DNA of 46,627 nucleotides, from positions 1 to 46,627 of the forward strand of contig CANHSE010000001.1 of the NCBI GenBank assembly GCA_947463025.1, read 5' to 3'. The stretch is from Comamonadaceae bacterium. Its GTDB lineage: Bacteria > Pseudomonadota > Gammaproteobacteria > Burkholderiales > Burkholderiaceae_C. The position numbers and the translations under genes were made by a program. Below are positions 10,479 through 20,112 of this stretch, one piece after another. The number at the start of each line of letters is the position of its first letter. Position 1 is the first letter of the stretch. The notes beneath the pieces are model-generated. The model was not told the origin of the DNA, did not search any database, and saw nothing but the letters and a program-made list of their open reading frames with translations.

Positions 10479-10536
10479 ATCGTAGCGACTCTCCGGCGCG
10501 CGGCGCGCCGGGGTTTCCCATAGGAGACCCATTTCC

Positions 10537-11238
10537 GTGAACAAGATTTTTCCCTCTGCTGCGAAGGCGCTCGAAGGCGTCCTGCGCGACGGGCAGCTCA
10601 TTGCCGTGGGCGGCTTCGGCCTGTGCGGCATTCCCGAGGCCTTGATTGAGGCCGTGCGTGAGAGTGGCGTCAAGAACCTCACTGCGATCTCCAACAACGC
10701 CGGTGTGGACGGCTTTGGGCTGGGCAAGCTGCTGGAGACGCGGCAGATCAAGAAGATGATCGCCAGCTATGTGGGCGAGAACAAGGAGTTCGAGCGCCAG
10801 TTCCTGGCCGGCGAGCTCGAGCTGGAGTTCACGCCCCAGGGCACGCTGGCCGAGAAGCTGCGCGCCGGCGGCGCGGGCATCCCCGCCTTCTTCACCAAGA
10901 CCGGTGTGGGCACGATGGTGGCCGAGGGCAAAGAGCTGCGCGAATTCGGCGGCGAGACCTACGTCATGGAGCACGCCCTGTTCCCCGACATTGCGCTGGT
11001 CAAGGCCGACATCGCCGACCGCTCGGGCAATCTGCGCTTTAACCTCACCGCCCGCAACTTCAACCCGGCGGCCGCTACGGCGGGCAAGGTCTGCATCGTG
11101 GAAGTCGAGCGCATCGTCGCCACCGGCGAGCTGGCCCCGGACGACGTGCACCTGCCGGGGATCTATGTGCACCGCATCGTGCACAACCCCACGCCCGAGA
11201 AGCGCATCGAGAAGCGCACCACCCGGCCCCGCAAGTAA
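10537..11238 (+). CDS. scoA: 3-oxoacid CoA-transferase subunit A (succinyl-CoA:acetoacetate type)
   Basis: GGFGLCGIPE, SNNAG, SYVGENKEFERQ, PQGTLAE. GTG start with AGGAG SD. Substrate is inferred. Confidence 0.88.
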   Translation: MNKIFPSAAKALEGVLRDGQLIAVGGFGLCGIPEALIEAVRESGVKNLTAISNNAGVDGFGLGKLLETRQIKKMIASYVGENKEFERQFLAGELELEFTPQGTLAEKLRAGGAGIPAFFTKTGVGTMVAEGKELREFGGETYVMEHALFPDIALVKADIADRSGNLRFNLTARNFNPAAATAGKVCIVEVERIVATGELAPDDVHLPGIYVHRIVHNPTPEKRIEKRTTRPRK

Positions 11239-11250
11239 AGGAGACCCTTC

Positions 11251-11889
11251 ATGCCCTGGACTCAAGACGAAATGGCCGCGCGCGCGGCGCAGGAATTGCA
11301 GGACGGCTTCTACGTGAACCTCGGCATCGGCATCCCGACGCTGGTGGCCAACCACGTCCCCGACCATGTCGAGGTGTGGCTGCAAAGTGAGAACGGGATG
11401 CTGGGCATCGGCCCCTTCCCGTATGAAGACGAGGTCGACGCCGACTTGATCAACGCTGGCAAGCAGACCGTCACCACGATCAAGGGTTCGGCCATCTTCG
11501 GCAGTGACCAGTCGTTTGCCATGATCCGTGGCGGCAAGATCAACCTGTCCATCCTGGGCGCGATGCAGGTCAGCGAAAAAGGCGACCTGGCCAACTGGAT
11601 GATTCCCGGCAAGATGGTCAAGGGCATGGGCGGCGCCATGGACCTGGTCGCCGGTGTGCCGCGCGTCATCATCCTGATGGAGCACGTCGCCAAGAAAAAG
11701 GACGGCACCGAAGATCTCAAGATCCTGCCCCAGTGCACCCTGCCGCTCACCGGCGTGGGGGTGGTGGACCGCATCATCACTGACCTGGCCGTGATGGATG
11801 TGACGCCGCAGGGCCTGAAGGTGGTGGAGCTCGCGCCCGGCGTGACCCGCGAAGCCTTGCAGGCTAAGACGGGTGTCAAGCTGCACTAA
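11251..11889 (+). CDS. scoB: 3-oxoacid CoA-transferase subunit B
   Basis: [11 protein letters not shown], catalytic [20 protein letters not shown]. Confidence 0.88.
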   Translation: MPWTQDEMAARAAQELQDGFYVNLGIGIPTLVANHVPDHVEVWLQSENGMLGIGPFPYEDEVDADLINAGKQTVTTIKGSAIFGSDQSFAMIRGGKINLSILGAMQVSEKGDLANWMIPGKMVKGMGGAMDLVAGVPRVIILMEHVAKKKDGTEDLKILPQCTLPLTGVGVVDRIITDLAVMDVTPQGLKVVELAPGVTREALQAKTGVKLH

Positions 11890-11920
11890 GGGGGGTGGGG
11901 GCCCCTAGCGGGCCCGCGCT

Positions 11921-12379
11921 TCAGGCTTGTGCTGCGATCGGCGGCACGCCCGTGGTGACATACGCCGCGAAGGCCCCCAGCACGCGCGGATCGGCGCTGT
12001 GGAACACGACCACACCGCCGCCGCGTGGGCGCACCACCAGCCGGGGCGTGATCAGGCCATCGAGGTAGGGGATGGCGATCAGGCGCGCTTGGGTGATATC
12101 GCGCCACGCCACCCGCTTGTCACGTATCCAGCTTTGGTGGATGCCCTCGGCATCGACGCCGGTGCGACTGCGCCACATCCACACCAGACTCCAGACCACC
12201 AGCGCCATCGCGCCCACCACCCCAACGCCTGTCCAGATGGTCCAGCGTACGCCGGCGAGTTCGTCCAGGCTGCGGATCGCCCAGTGCATCAGGCTCGCCA
12301 CCAGGACGCTGGCCAGCAGGCGCACCCCGATCGGGAAGGCCGGTCCACGCAGGGTCATCGCCTCAGCTGCGACGCTCAT
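11921..12379 (-). CDS. Hypothetical membrane protein (2 TM segments plus a small soluble domain)
   Basis: C-terminal part of ORF 11921..13927, starting MSVAAEAMTLRG. The ATG overlaps the dctM stop (ATGA). Two hydrophobic stretches are followed by a beta-rich WRSRTGVDAEGIHQ..VAWRDI region. Confidence 0.7.
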   Translation of the reverse strand: MSVAAEAMTLRGPAFPIGVRLLASVLVASLMHWAIRSLDELAGVRWTIWTGVGVVGAMALVVWSLVWMWRSRTGVDAEGIHQSWIRDKRVAWRDITQARLIAIPYLDGLITPRLVVRPRGGGVVVFHSADPRVLGAFAAYVTTGVPPIAAQA

Positions 12380-13893
12380 GGGCGCGTGCCTTCGGCGGGT
12401 GGTGTCTTGAACAGGTCGTCGATGGCTTTTTGCTCGTCCTGCGCTGTTGCGGGCGGCAGGTCCGAGGGCGCATCCCCCATGACGGGCATCTCGATCTGAA
12501 CCTTGTCGGGGTCGATGGTCGGCGCCTGATCCAGCATCATCGTCACGACTTCGGGCACGAAGATGACAGTCACCACCAGGGTCAACTGCAACAGGATCCA
12601 GGGGATGGAGCCCAGGTAGATGTCTTTGGATTCGACCGGGGCGGGCAGGGCGCCGTTCTTGTACAGGGTGTCGGAGATCCCGCGCAGGTAGAACAAAGCG
12701 AAGCCAAAGGGCGGGTGCATGAAGCTGGTCTGCATGTTCACGCACAGAAGCACCCCGAACCAAATGAGGTCGATCCCCATTTTCTCGGCCACGGGCCCGA
12801 GCAGCGGCAAGATGATGAAGGCGATTTCGAAGAAGTCGAGGAAGAACGCCAGGAAGAAGATGAATACGTTGACCGCCAGCAGGAAGCCAATCTGGCCGCC
12901 GGGCAGGTGCGACAGCAAGTGCTCCACCCAGCGCGCGCCATCCACGCCCTGGAACACCAGTGAGAACACGCGCGACCCGATCAGGATAAAGACCACCATG
13001 GCGGTGATGCGCATGGTGCCGGCCATGGCTTCTTGCATCAGACCCCAGGACAGGCGGCGATGCAGGGCGGCCAGCAGGAAGGCGCCAAAGGCCCCCATGG
13101 CGCCCGCCTCCGTGGGGGTGGCGATGGCATGGTCGATACCAGGGAGCCCACCCATGCTGCCCAGAACCGCGAAGATCAGCACCGCCGAGGGGATGATGCC
13201 GCGCAGGCATTTCTTCCAAAGCGCCCAACCGTCCAGCGTACGGGCTTCGCGCGGAACACCGGGCACATGCTCGGGCTTCAAGCGCGTGAGGATGAAGGTG
13301 TAGAGCGCGAACAGCAGCACCTGCAGGATCGAGGGGCCCCAGGCGCCCTTGTACATGTCGCCGACCGAGCGTCCAAGCTGGTCGGCCATGACCACCAGCA
13401 CCAGCGAGGGCGGCACCAACTGTGTGATGGTGCCCGAGGCCGCCAGCACGCCAGTGGCATAGCGCATGTTGTAGCCGTAGCGCATCATCACGGGCAGCGA
13501 GATCATGGCCATGGCGATCACCTGGCCGGCGACGGTGCCAGTGATGGCGCCCAGGATGAAGCCGACGATGATCACCGAGTAACCCAGCCCCCCGCGAACC
13601 GGACCGAACAACTGGCCCATGGAGTCGAGCATGTCTTCTGCCAAGCCGCACTTTTCGAGGATGGCGCCCATGAGCGTGAAGAAGGGAATTGCCAGCAGCA
13701 GCTCGTTGGACAGGATGCCGAAGACATTCAGAGGCAGGTTGGCCATGAACTGGGCTGGGAACCACCCCATGCTTACCGAATAGAAACCGCACACCAGACC
13801 CAACGCGGCCAAGGAAAACGCGACCGGGAATCCGATCAGCATGATGAGGATCAGCCCGCCAAACATGACGGGCGGGAAGTTGTCCAGCGTCAT
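12376..13893 (-). CDS. dctM: TRAP transporter large permease
   Basis: 505 aa polytopic membrane protein. GFPVAFSL, LLAIPFF, QLVPPS, ATPTEAGA, PPFGFALFYL. Confidence 0.93.
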   Translation of the reverse strand: MTLDNFPPVMFGGLILIMLIGFPVAFSLAALGLVCGFYSVSMGWFPAQFMANLPLNVFGILSNELLLAIPFFTLMGAILEKCGLAEDMLDSMGQLFGPVRGGLGYSVIIVGFILGAITGTVAGQVIAMAMISLPVMMRYGYNMRYATGVLAASGTITQLVPPSLVLVVMADQLGRSVGDMYKGAWGPSILQVLLFALYTFILTRLKPEHVPGVPREARTLDGWALWKKCLRGIIPSAVLIFAVLGSMGGLPGIDHAIATPTEAGAMGAFGAFLLAALHRRLSWGLMQEAMAGTMRITAMVVFILIGSRVFSLVFQGVDGARWVEHLLSHLPGGQIGFLLAVNVFIFFLAFFLDFFEIAFIILPLLGPVAEKMGIDLIWFGVLLCVNMQTSFMHPPFGFALFYLRGISDTLYKNGALPAPVESKDIYLGSIPWILLQLTLVVTVIFVPEVVTMMLDQAPTIDPDKVQIEMPVMGDAPSDLPPATAQDEQKAIDDLFKTPPAEGTRP

Positions 13894-14429
13894 TGCAGGG
13901 GCCTTTCGTAGTGGATGTCCATCTCATAGGAGTGGGTCAGCCATCCCATGCGCTTGATGATTTCAGACAGGCCCTGCAGCATCATCAAGATGAAGCCCAG
14001 AGGCAGCAGCAGCATGGCGGGCCATCGGATCAGGCCACCTGCGTTACTCGACATCTCGCCGCTGCGGTACATGCTGAGGAACAGTGGCCAGCTGTGATGG
14101 AGCAGCACCGCCATCGCCGGCATCAGGAAAAAGATCAGCCCGAGCAGATCGATCCAAACCCGTCTGTGGCTGGATAACTTGCCATAGAAGATGTCTACCC
14201 GCACGTGTTCGTTCAGGCGTAGCACTTGAGGCGCGCCGAGCATGACGCACGCACCGAACAGATACCACTGGATTTCGAGCCAGGCATTGGAGCTGATGTC
14301 CAGGCCGTAGCGGATGAAGGCGTTGCCTGCGCTGATGACGCAGGCCAGCGTGACAGCCCATTTGGCAAACACCCCCAGGCGGTCATTGAGCCAGTCGATG
14401 AGGCTGGCGACGGCGAGCAGGAACTTCAA
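13890..14429 (-). CDS. dctQ: TRAP transporter small permease
   Basis: 4 TM segments; SNAWLEIQWYLF, NEHVRVDIFY, AGGLIRWP. TTG start with GGAGG SD. ATGA overlap with dctM. Confidence 0.92.
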   Translation of the reverse strand: MKFLLAVASLIDWLNDRLGVFAKWAVTLACVISAGNAFIRYGLDISSNAWLEIQWYLFGACVMLGAPQVLRLNEHVRVDIFYGKLSSHRRVWIDLLGLIFFLMPAMAVLLHHSWPLFLSMYRSGEMSSNAGGLIRWPAMLLLPLGFILMMLQGLSEIIKRMGWLTHSYEMDIHYERPLQ

Positions 14430-14469
14430 GAGACCTCCGGCGATGATGCAAAGCCGCCGAATTTAGAGG

Positions 14470-15255
14470 TCAATCCTTGAAAAGGTTGTGAGAAAGCTGT
14501 GGTGGCGCTGACTGCGTGCTGACGGTCCCCAACCCCGGATCGAGCGCCCGCCGCTCGTCAAACACAAAGCAGTTCCCGCGAAAGTGGGCTCCGCCGGTTT
14601 CCTCGAAGTACTTGAGGATCCCGCCATCGAGCTGCCACACCGACTCCAGCCCCGCCTCGCGCAGGTAAATCGCCGCCTTCTCGCAGCGGATCCCCCCGGT
14701 GCAAAAGCTCACGACAGTCTTGCCTTCCAGATCGGCCCGATGCGCCTGCACCGCCGCAGGAAAATCACTGAACTTCGTAATACGCCAATCGATCGCGCCC
14801 TCGAACGTGCCGTGGTCCACTTCAAAGGCATTGCGCGTATCCAGAGTCACCACCGGCCGGCCCGCATCGTCATGCCCCTGGTCCAACCAGCGACGCACCG
14901 TGGCGGCATCGATGGCGGGCGCGCGCCCCGCCTGCGGCTGGATGGTCGGGTGGTTCATGCGGATGATTTCGCGCTTGACCTTCACCTGCATCTTGCGAAA
15001 GGGCGCCGCCTGCGACCAGCTTTCCTTCACCGGCAATCCGGCAAGGCGCGGATCGACCTGCAGGTCGGCCAGGAAGCCGCGCAAAGCCACCGCCTCGCCC
15101 GCCAGAAAAAGATTGATCCCTTCCTGCGCCAGCAGGATGGTCCCGCGCAATCCCGCAGCCTGGGACTGATCCCGCAGGCGATCGCGCAGGGCTTCGCAGT
15201 CGTCTAAAGGGACGAACTTGTAAGCGGAAACGTTGAGGATTGGGGGCACAGGCAT
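14470..15255 (-). CDS. trhO: Rhodanese-domain UPF0176 protein, probable oxygen-dependent tRNA U34 hydroxylase (TrhO/YceA family)
   Basis: [66 protein letters not shown]. The start may instead be the GTG at 15249. Confidence 0.85.
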   Translation of the reverse strand: MPVPPILNVSAYKFVPLDDCEALRDRLRDQSQAAGLRGTILLAQEGINLFLAGEAVALRGFLADLQVDPRLAGLPVKESWSQAAPFRKMQVKVKREIIRMNHPTIQPQAGRAPAIDAATVRRWLDQGHDDAGRPVVTLDTRNAFEVDHGTFEGAIDWRITKFSDFPAAVQAHRADLEGKTVVSFCTGGIRCEKAAIYLREAGLESVWQLDGGILKYFEETGGAHFRGNCFVFDERRALDPGLGTVSTQSAPPQLSHNLFKD

Positions 15256-15258
15256 GCG

Positions 15259-15296
15259 ATTTTAGGCGCGGCCGCTGCCCCGCGACTTCCTACAAT
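15259..15296. promoter_or_regulatory. Compact divergent promoter pair for trhO (TAAAAT, minus, 15259-15264) and dnaE (TACAAT, plus, 15291-15296)
   Basis: Two near-consensus -10 hexamers in a 47-bp gap, each a few nt from its start codon. Confidence 0.55.
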
Positions 15297-15302
15297 GAAG
15301 GC

Positions 15303-18300
15303 ATGTTTGTTCACCTGCGCCTGCACTCCGAATTCTCCGTCGTGGATGGCACCTGCCGCATCGACGACACCGTGGGGGCCGCCGCGGCCGACGCACAGCC
15401 CGCGCTGGCGATCACCGACCTGAACAACCTGTTTGGCGCCATCAAGTTCTACAAGGCCGCACGCGGCGCCGGCGTCAAGCCCTTGGTCGGCGCCGAGGTC
15501 TGGCTTCAGGGCCTGGGCACCGAAGACAGCCAGTCCGCGCGCGTGCTGCTGCTGGTGCAAAACCACCAGGGCTATCTGAATCTGTGCGAGTTGCTGGCAC
15601 GCGCCTGGACGCGCAACGTCGTGCGTGCCCAGGGCACCTGCAAGCTCGAATGGCTGCAGGAGCTGGGTGAGGGGCTGCTGCTGCTGTCTGGCGCGCAAGC
15701 CGGTCCGGTGGGCCAGGCCCTGGCCCAGGGCCAGTACCGCGATCGCCAGCGCGCCAGCGAAGTGGCCATCACGCTGGCCTCGATATTCCCGCATCGCTTC
15801 TATCTGGAGGTACAGCGCGCCGGCCGCCCCGATGACGAAGCCCATGTCGCCGCCACCGTGCAACTGGCCGCCAGCCTCAAGCTCCCCGTCGTGGCCACCC
15901 ACCCGGTGCAGTTTCTGACCGCAGACGACTACGAGGCCCATGAGGCCCGCGTGTGCATCGCCGAAGGAGAGATCCTGGGCAACGCACGCCGCGTGCGTAA
16001 GTTCACCCGCGATCAGTACTTCAAGAGCGCCGCGCAGATGCAGGCGCTCTTTGACGACCTGCCTGCGGCCGTGGCGAACACCCTGGCGATCGCGCGCCGC
16101 TGCAACCTCACGCTCGAATTGGGCAAGCCCCGCCTGCCCGAGTTCCCAACCCCTGAAGTCGATGGCCGCCGGATGCCGATCGACGAGTACTTCCGCTACG
16201 CCTCGCATGAGGGCCTGAAGGAGCGCATGGCGCACCTGTATCCCGACGAGGGTCAGCGTGCGAAGGAGATGCCCCGCTACGTTGAGCGGCTCGAGTTCGA
16301 GATCCACACCATCCTCAAGATGGGGTTCCCCGGCTACTTCTTAATCGTGGGTGACTTCATCAACTGGGCCAAGCAAAACGGCTGCCCGGTGGGCCCGGGC
16401 CGGGGCTCGGGCGCAGGCTCGCTCGTGGCCTACGCGTTGCGCATCACCGACCTGGACCCCCTCCAATACAACCTGCTGTTCGAGCGTTTCTTGAACCCCG
16501 AGCGGGTGTCCATGCCCGACTTCGACATCGACTTTTGCCAAGGCAATCGCGACCGCGTCATCGAATACGTCAAGGACAAGTACGGGCGCGATGCGGTCAG
16601 TCAGATCGCCACCTTCGGCACCATGGCCGCACGCGCCGCCATCCGCGATGTGGGCCGCGTGCTGGATATGAGCTACACGTTCTGCGATGGCATCAGCAAG
16701 CTCATTCCGAACAAGCCGGGCCAGCACATCACGATTGCGGGCGCCTTGGAGGTCGAACCGATCCTGGCCGAGCGTCTGGCGCGCGAGGACGAGGTCAAGA
16801 CCCTGCTGGGGCTGGCGCAAAAGCTCGAGGGTCTCACCCGCAACGTCGGTATGCATGCCGGCGGCGTGTTGATCGCGCCGGGCAAGCTGACCGACTTCAC
16901 CCCGCTGTATCAGCAGCCTGGCAGCGATTCCGCGGTGAGCCAGTACGACAAGGACGATGTGGAGGCTGCGGGTCTGGTCAAGTTCGACTTTCTGGGCCTG
17001 GCCACCCTCACCATCCTGGAGATCGCCAAGGACTTCATCCGCGCGCGCCACAAGGGCCGCGAAAACTTCGCGTTCGAAGACCTGCCGCTCCATGACGCGG
17101 CCACCTACAAGCTGTTCGCCGAGGGCAAGACCGAAGCGGTGTTCCAGTTTGAAAGTCGCGGCATGCAAGGCATGCTGCGCGATGCACGACCCACGCGACT
17201 GGAAGACCTCATCGCTCTGAACGCGCTGTATCGGCCAGGCCCCATGGACCTGATCCCCAGCTTCGTGGCCCGCAAGCACGGACGCGAGGAGGTGGAGTAT
17301 CCGCACCCGCTGGTGGCCGACATGCTGTCCGAGACCTACGGCATCATGGTCTATCAGGAGCAGGTGATGCAGACGGCGCAGATCCTGGGCGGCTACACGC
17401 TGGGTGGCGCCGACCTGCTGCGGCGGGCCATGGGCAAGAAGAAGGCCGAGGAGATGGCGCAGCACCGCGAAATCTTCCGGGCGGGGGCGGCCAAGAACGG
17501 CATCGATGCCGAGAAGGCCGACGACATCTTTGACCAGATGGAGAAGTTTGCCGGCTACGGCTTTAACAAGTCGCACGCGGCCGCCTACTCTCTGTTGGCG
17601 TATCACACGGGTTGGCTCAAGGTCCACTACACGGCCGAATTCTTCTGCGCCAACATGACCGTGGAAATGGACGACACCGACAAGCTCAAGGTCTTGTTCG
17701 AGGATGCCGTCAAGAACTTCGGCCTGACCTTCGAATCGCCCGATGTCAACCGCGGCGTGCACCGCTTCGAGCCCATCTCCGACAAGGTGATTCGATACGG
17801 TTTGGGGGCGATTAAGGGAACTGGCCAGCAGGCGATTGAGGCCATCGTGCGCGCCCGCGAAGAAGGCGGCCCCTACACGAGCCTGTTCGACTTTTGCAAG
17901 CGGGTGGATCGCACGCGCCTGAACAAGCGCACCGTCGAAGCCCTGATCAAGGCGGGCGCCTTCGATTCCCTGCAACTCAATCGGGCGGCTCTGGTCGCCT
18001 CCATCGACCGCGCCTTCGATTTCGCAGCGGCGGCCGAGGCCAACGCCAACCAGGGCGGCTTGTTTGACATGGACGAAGGCACCCACGGTGCCAGCACCCA
18101 GGAGCCGGATCTGGTCGAGGCCCTACCCTGGGGCGTGCGCGAGCGTCTGAGTTACGAGAAGACGGCCGTGGGCTTTTACCTCTCAGGCCACCTGTTCGAT
18201 GAGGTCAGCGCCGAGGTGCGCCGCTTTGTTCGGCGTAGCGTCTCCGAGCTGATGGACTCGCGTGAGCCCCAGCTGCTGGCCGGCATCGTGAGCGACCTGC

Positions 18301-18791
18301 GGGTGATCAACACCGAGAAGGGCAAGCTGGGGATCTTCCGGCTGGACGACAAGTCCGCTGCCATGGAGGCCACCGCCGACGAGGCTCTCCTGAACGCAAG
18401 CCGTAACCTGCTCAAAGACGATGAACTGGTGATCGTCATGGCCTCTATCCGGCCCGATCGTCGCTCGGGGGGCTTTCGTCTGGTGGCGCAGCAGGTCTGG
18501 GATCTGGCCACCGCGCGTTGCCGCTTTGGCAAGTACCTGCGCGTGGCCGTCAACGGGCGCGCGCCCGACGTGCATCGACTGGTGCGCGAGTTCCCGCCGC
18601 AGCGCGTGCAAAGCGAGCAGGGCGAGCTGCTGCGGGGTTTGCCCGTGCGTCTGGCGGTGCGGCGCGATCAGGCGACGGCCGAACTGCAATTGGGTGACGA
18701 GGCGAAGTTCTTTCCGAGTGATGCGGCGTTGGCCAGCTGGATGGCCCAGGCCGATGCGGGCCAGGCGCAGATCGTCTACGAAACGGCCTGA
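15303..18791 (+). CDS. dnaE: DNA polymerase III alpha subunit
   Basis: Start MFVHLRLHSEFS (PHP domain). GPGRGSGAGS, catalytic PDFDIDF, KFDFLGL, FNKSHAAAY. No intein visible. Confidence 0.98.
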   Translation: MFVHLRLHSEFSVVDGTCRIDDTVGAAAADAQPALAITDLNNLFGAIKFYKAARGAGVKPLVGAEVWLQGLGTEDSQSARVLLLVQNHQGYLNLCELLARAWTRNVVRAQGTCKLEWLQELGEGLLLLSGAQAGPVGQALAQGQYRDRQRASEVAITLASIFPHRFYLEVQRAGRPDDEAHVAATVQLAASLKLPVVATHPVQFLTADDYEAHEARVCIAEGEILGNARRVRKFTRDQYFKSAAQMQALFDDLPAAVANTLAIARRCNLTLELGKPRLPEFPTPEVDGRRMPIDEYFRYASHEGLKERMAHLYPDEGQRAKEMPRYVERLEFEIHTILKMGFPGYFLIVGDFINWAKQNGCPVGPGRGSGAGSLVAYALRITDLDPLQYNLLFERFLNPERVSMPDFDIDFCQGNRDRVIEYVKDKYGRDAVSQIATFGTMAARAAIRDVGRVLDMSYTFCDGISKLIPNKPGQHITIAGALEVEPILAERLAREDEVKTLLGLAQKLEGLTRNVGMHAGGVLIAPGKLTDFTPLYQQPGSDSAVSQYDKDDVEAAGLVKFDFLGLATLTILEIAKDFIRARHKGRENFAFEDLPLHDAATYKLFAEGKTEAVFQFESRGMQGMLRDARPTRLEDLIALNALYRPGPMDLIPSFVARKHGREEVEYPHPLVADMLSETYGIMVYQEQVMQTAQILGGYTLGGADLLRRAMGKKKAEEMAQHREIFRAGAAKNGIDAEKADDIFDQMEKFAGYGFNKSHAAAYSLLAYHTGWLKVHYTAEFFCANMTVEMDDTDKLKVLFEDAVKNFGLTFESPDVNRGVHRFEPISDKVIRYGLGAIKGTGQQAIEAIVRAREEGGPYTSLFDFCKRVDRTRLNKRTVEALIKAGAFDSLQLNRAALVASIDRAFDFAAAAEANANQGGLFDMDEGTHGASTQEPDLVEALPWGVRERLSYEKTAVGFYLSGHLFDEVSAEVRRFVRRSVSELMDSREPQLLAGIVSDLRVINTEKGKLGIFRLDDKSAAMEATADEALLNASRNLLKDDELVIVMASIRPDRRSGGFRLVAQQVWDLATARCRFGKYLRVAVNGRAPDVHRLVREFPPQRVQSEQGELLRGLPVRLAVRRDQATAELQLGDEAKFFPSDAALASWMAQADAGQAQIVYETA

Positions 18792-18806
18792 GGGGCTTAG
18801 CCGACT

Positions 18807-19664
18807 TCAGTCCCGCGGCCGGAAGGTCATGATCAAGGGGGTGTGCACCCGGCCGTCCACGTCGGTCGGCAATTTGGCGGTGCGCTCCAGGGCGCGCAGT
18901 ACCGCGTCGTCCCAGGTCTTGGAGGTGCTGGGCTTGGTGATGCGGCGCTGCGTGATGGTGCCGTCTGGCGCCATGCGCACTTCCACTTCGGTGACCGGGT
19001 TGCCGGTCACATCCTCCGTGAACACGATGTTGGGCTTGATGCGCGCGCGGATGCGGCCCGCGTAGCTGTCTGAGGGACCGGAGGACTGGGTGGCATTGCC
19101 GGTGGCATTGGCCGCACCCGTTGCACCCGCCAGCCCCTGCATGCGGCGCAGGTTTTCTTGGCGCAGTACCTCCGCCTGTTTGGCCTCGGCTTCCTCACGC
19201 GCACGGGCTTTGACCTGTTCTTGCGCCTTGTCCTTGGCCGCTTTTTCCTGGGCCTCGCGTTTTTTCTGTTCGTCCAGGCGGTTTTTCTCGGCTTCGGCTT
19301 TTTTCTTGGCTTCGGCTTTCTCGGCGTCTTGCTTCTTTTTCTCGAGCTCCAGCCGCTTCTTGTCGCGCTCGAGCGCGATATCGGCCTGCCGAACGGCGGG
19401 CGGCGGCGGGGCCATGGGGGTGGCCACAGGCGGCGGCGGTGGCGGTGGCGGCGGGGCCTCCTGCAGCGGCGGCGCGGCCTGTTGCACCTGCGCCGACCAC
19501 AGTTCGGCCTCGGCGGTGAGTAGGGTGTCCTGGTGCTGCCAGGTGACGCCCCAGGTCAGCGCCGCCAGCAAAATCGCATGGGCCAGGACCGCCATGCCCC
19601 AGGCAGGTCCTTGGCCTGGTGGGGGCGGCGGACCCAATTCAATTGGACGTGCCGTGGCGGTCAT
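18807..19664 (-). CDS. tolA: Cell envelope integrity protein TolA
   Basis: N-terminal TM with conserved His (AVLAHAILL), poly-Pro stretch, Lys/Glu/Ala-rich helical region and TonB/TolA C-terminal domain; follows tolQR. Confidence 0.9.
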   Translation of the reverse strand: MTATARPIELGPPPPPGQGPAWGMAVLAHAILLAALTWGVTWQHQDTLLTAEAELWSAQVQQAAPPLQEAPPPPPPPPPVATPMAPPPPAVRQADIALERDKKRLELEKKKQDAEKAEAKKKAEAEKNRLDEQKKREAQEKAAKDKAQEQVKARAREEAEAKQAEVLRQENLRRMQGLAGATGAANATGNATQSSGPSDSYAGRIRARIKPNIVFTEDVTGNPVTEVEVRMAPDGTITQRRITKPSTSKTWDDAVLRALERTAKLPTDVDGRVHTPLIMTFRPRD

Positions 19665-19675
19665 GCGCGGGGGCG

Positions 19676-20110
19676 CTATCGAGCTTCTGGTGCCAGTTGT
19701 ACTGACAGTCCAACGCGTTGCACGCCCGCGCGCTGCAGGGTGTCCATCACGCGCACCACAGTCTCGTACTTGACGCTGCGGTCAGCGCTGATCACCACCG
19801 CACTGGCGCCAGGCTCGCGGCCCGCCTGTACGCGCTGGATGGCGGCAGCTACTTCGGCCAGGCCCAGGCGCTGACTGCGATCGTCCAGCTTCATCTCCAG
19901 GGTCTCGTCCTTGGCGATCACGATCTCGATCTTCTGGTCAGGCTGGCGATTGGCCTTGCCGACACTGGGCAGCTCGATCAGGCTGGGCGTGATCAGGGGC
20001 GCGGTCACCATGAAGATGATCAGCAGCACCAGCATCACGTCGATGAAGGGCACCATATTGATCTCGCTGATGGTGCGGCGGCCCCGGCCGCGCGAGGAGA
20101 CGGCGGGCAT
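19676..20110 (-). CDS. tolR: TolR/ExbD family protein
   Basis: Start MPAVSSRGRG. EINMVPFIDVMLVLLIIFMVTAP and ISADRSVKYE. Confidence 0.93.
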   Translation of the reverse strand: MPAVSSRGRGRRTISEINMVPFIDVMLVLLIIFMVTAPLITPSLIELPSVGKANRQPDQKIEIVIAKDETLEMKLDDRSQRLGLAEVAAAIQRVQAGREPGASAVVISADRSVKYETVVRVMDTLQRAGVQRVGLSVQLAPEAR

Positions 20111-20112
20111 GC

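Noticed and set aside
11890-11920. GGGCCC-CTAGC-GGGCCC hairpin between convergent scoB and the hypothetical gene as an intrinsic terminator
   Set aside because: No U-tract on either strand.
11921-13927. 668-aa ORF overlapping dctM on the same strand (possible frameshift fusion or overprinted gene)
   Set aside because: The N-terminal ~515 aa is Arg/Pro/His-rich off-frame text of dctM. Only the part from ATG 12379 looks like a protein, and it has its own coupled start.
15303-18791. Intein or split in dnaE
   Set aside because: Length (1162 aa) and motif spacing are normal, with no intein signature.
19260-19460. Low-complexity repeats in tolA (GGC runs, Lys/Glu codons) as a tandem-repeat or CRISPR-like locus
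   Set aside because: Explained by the normal poly-Pro and KEA-rich linker; no repeat-spacer periodicity.
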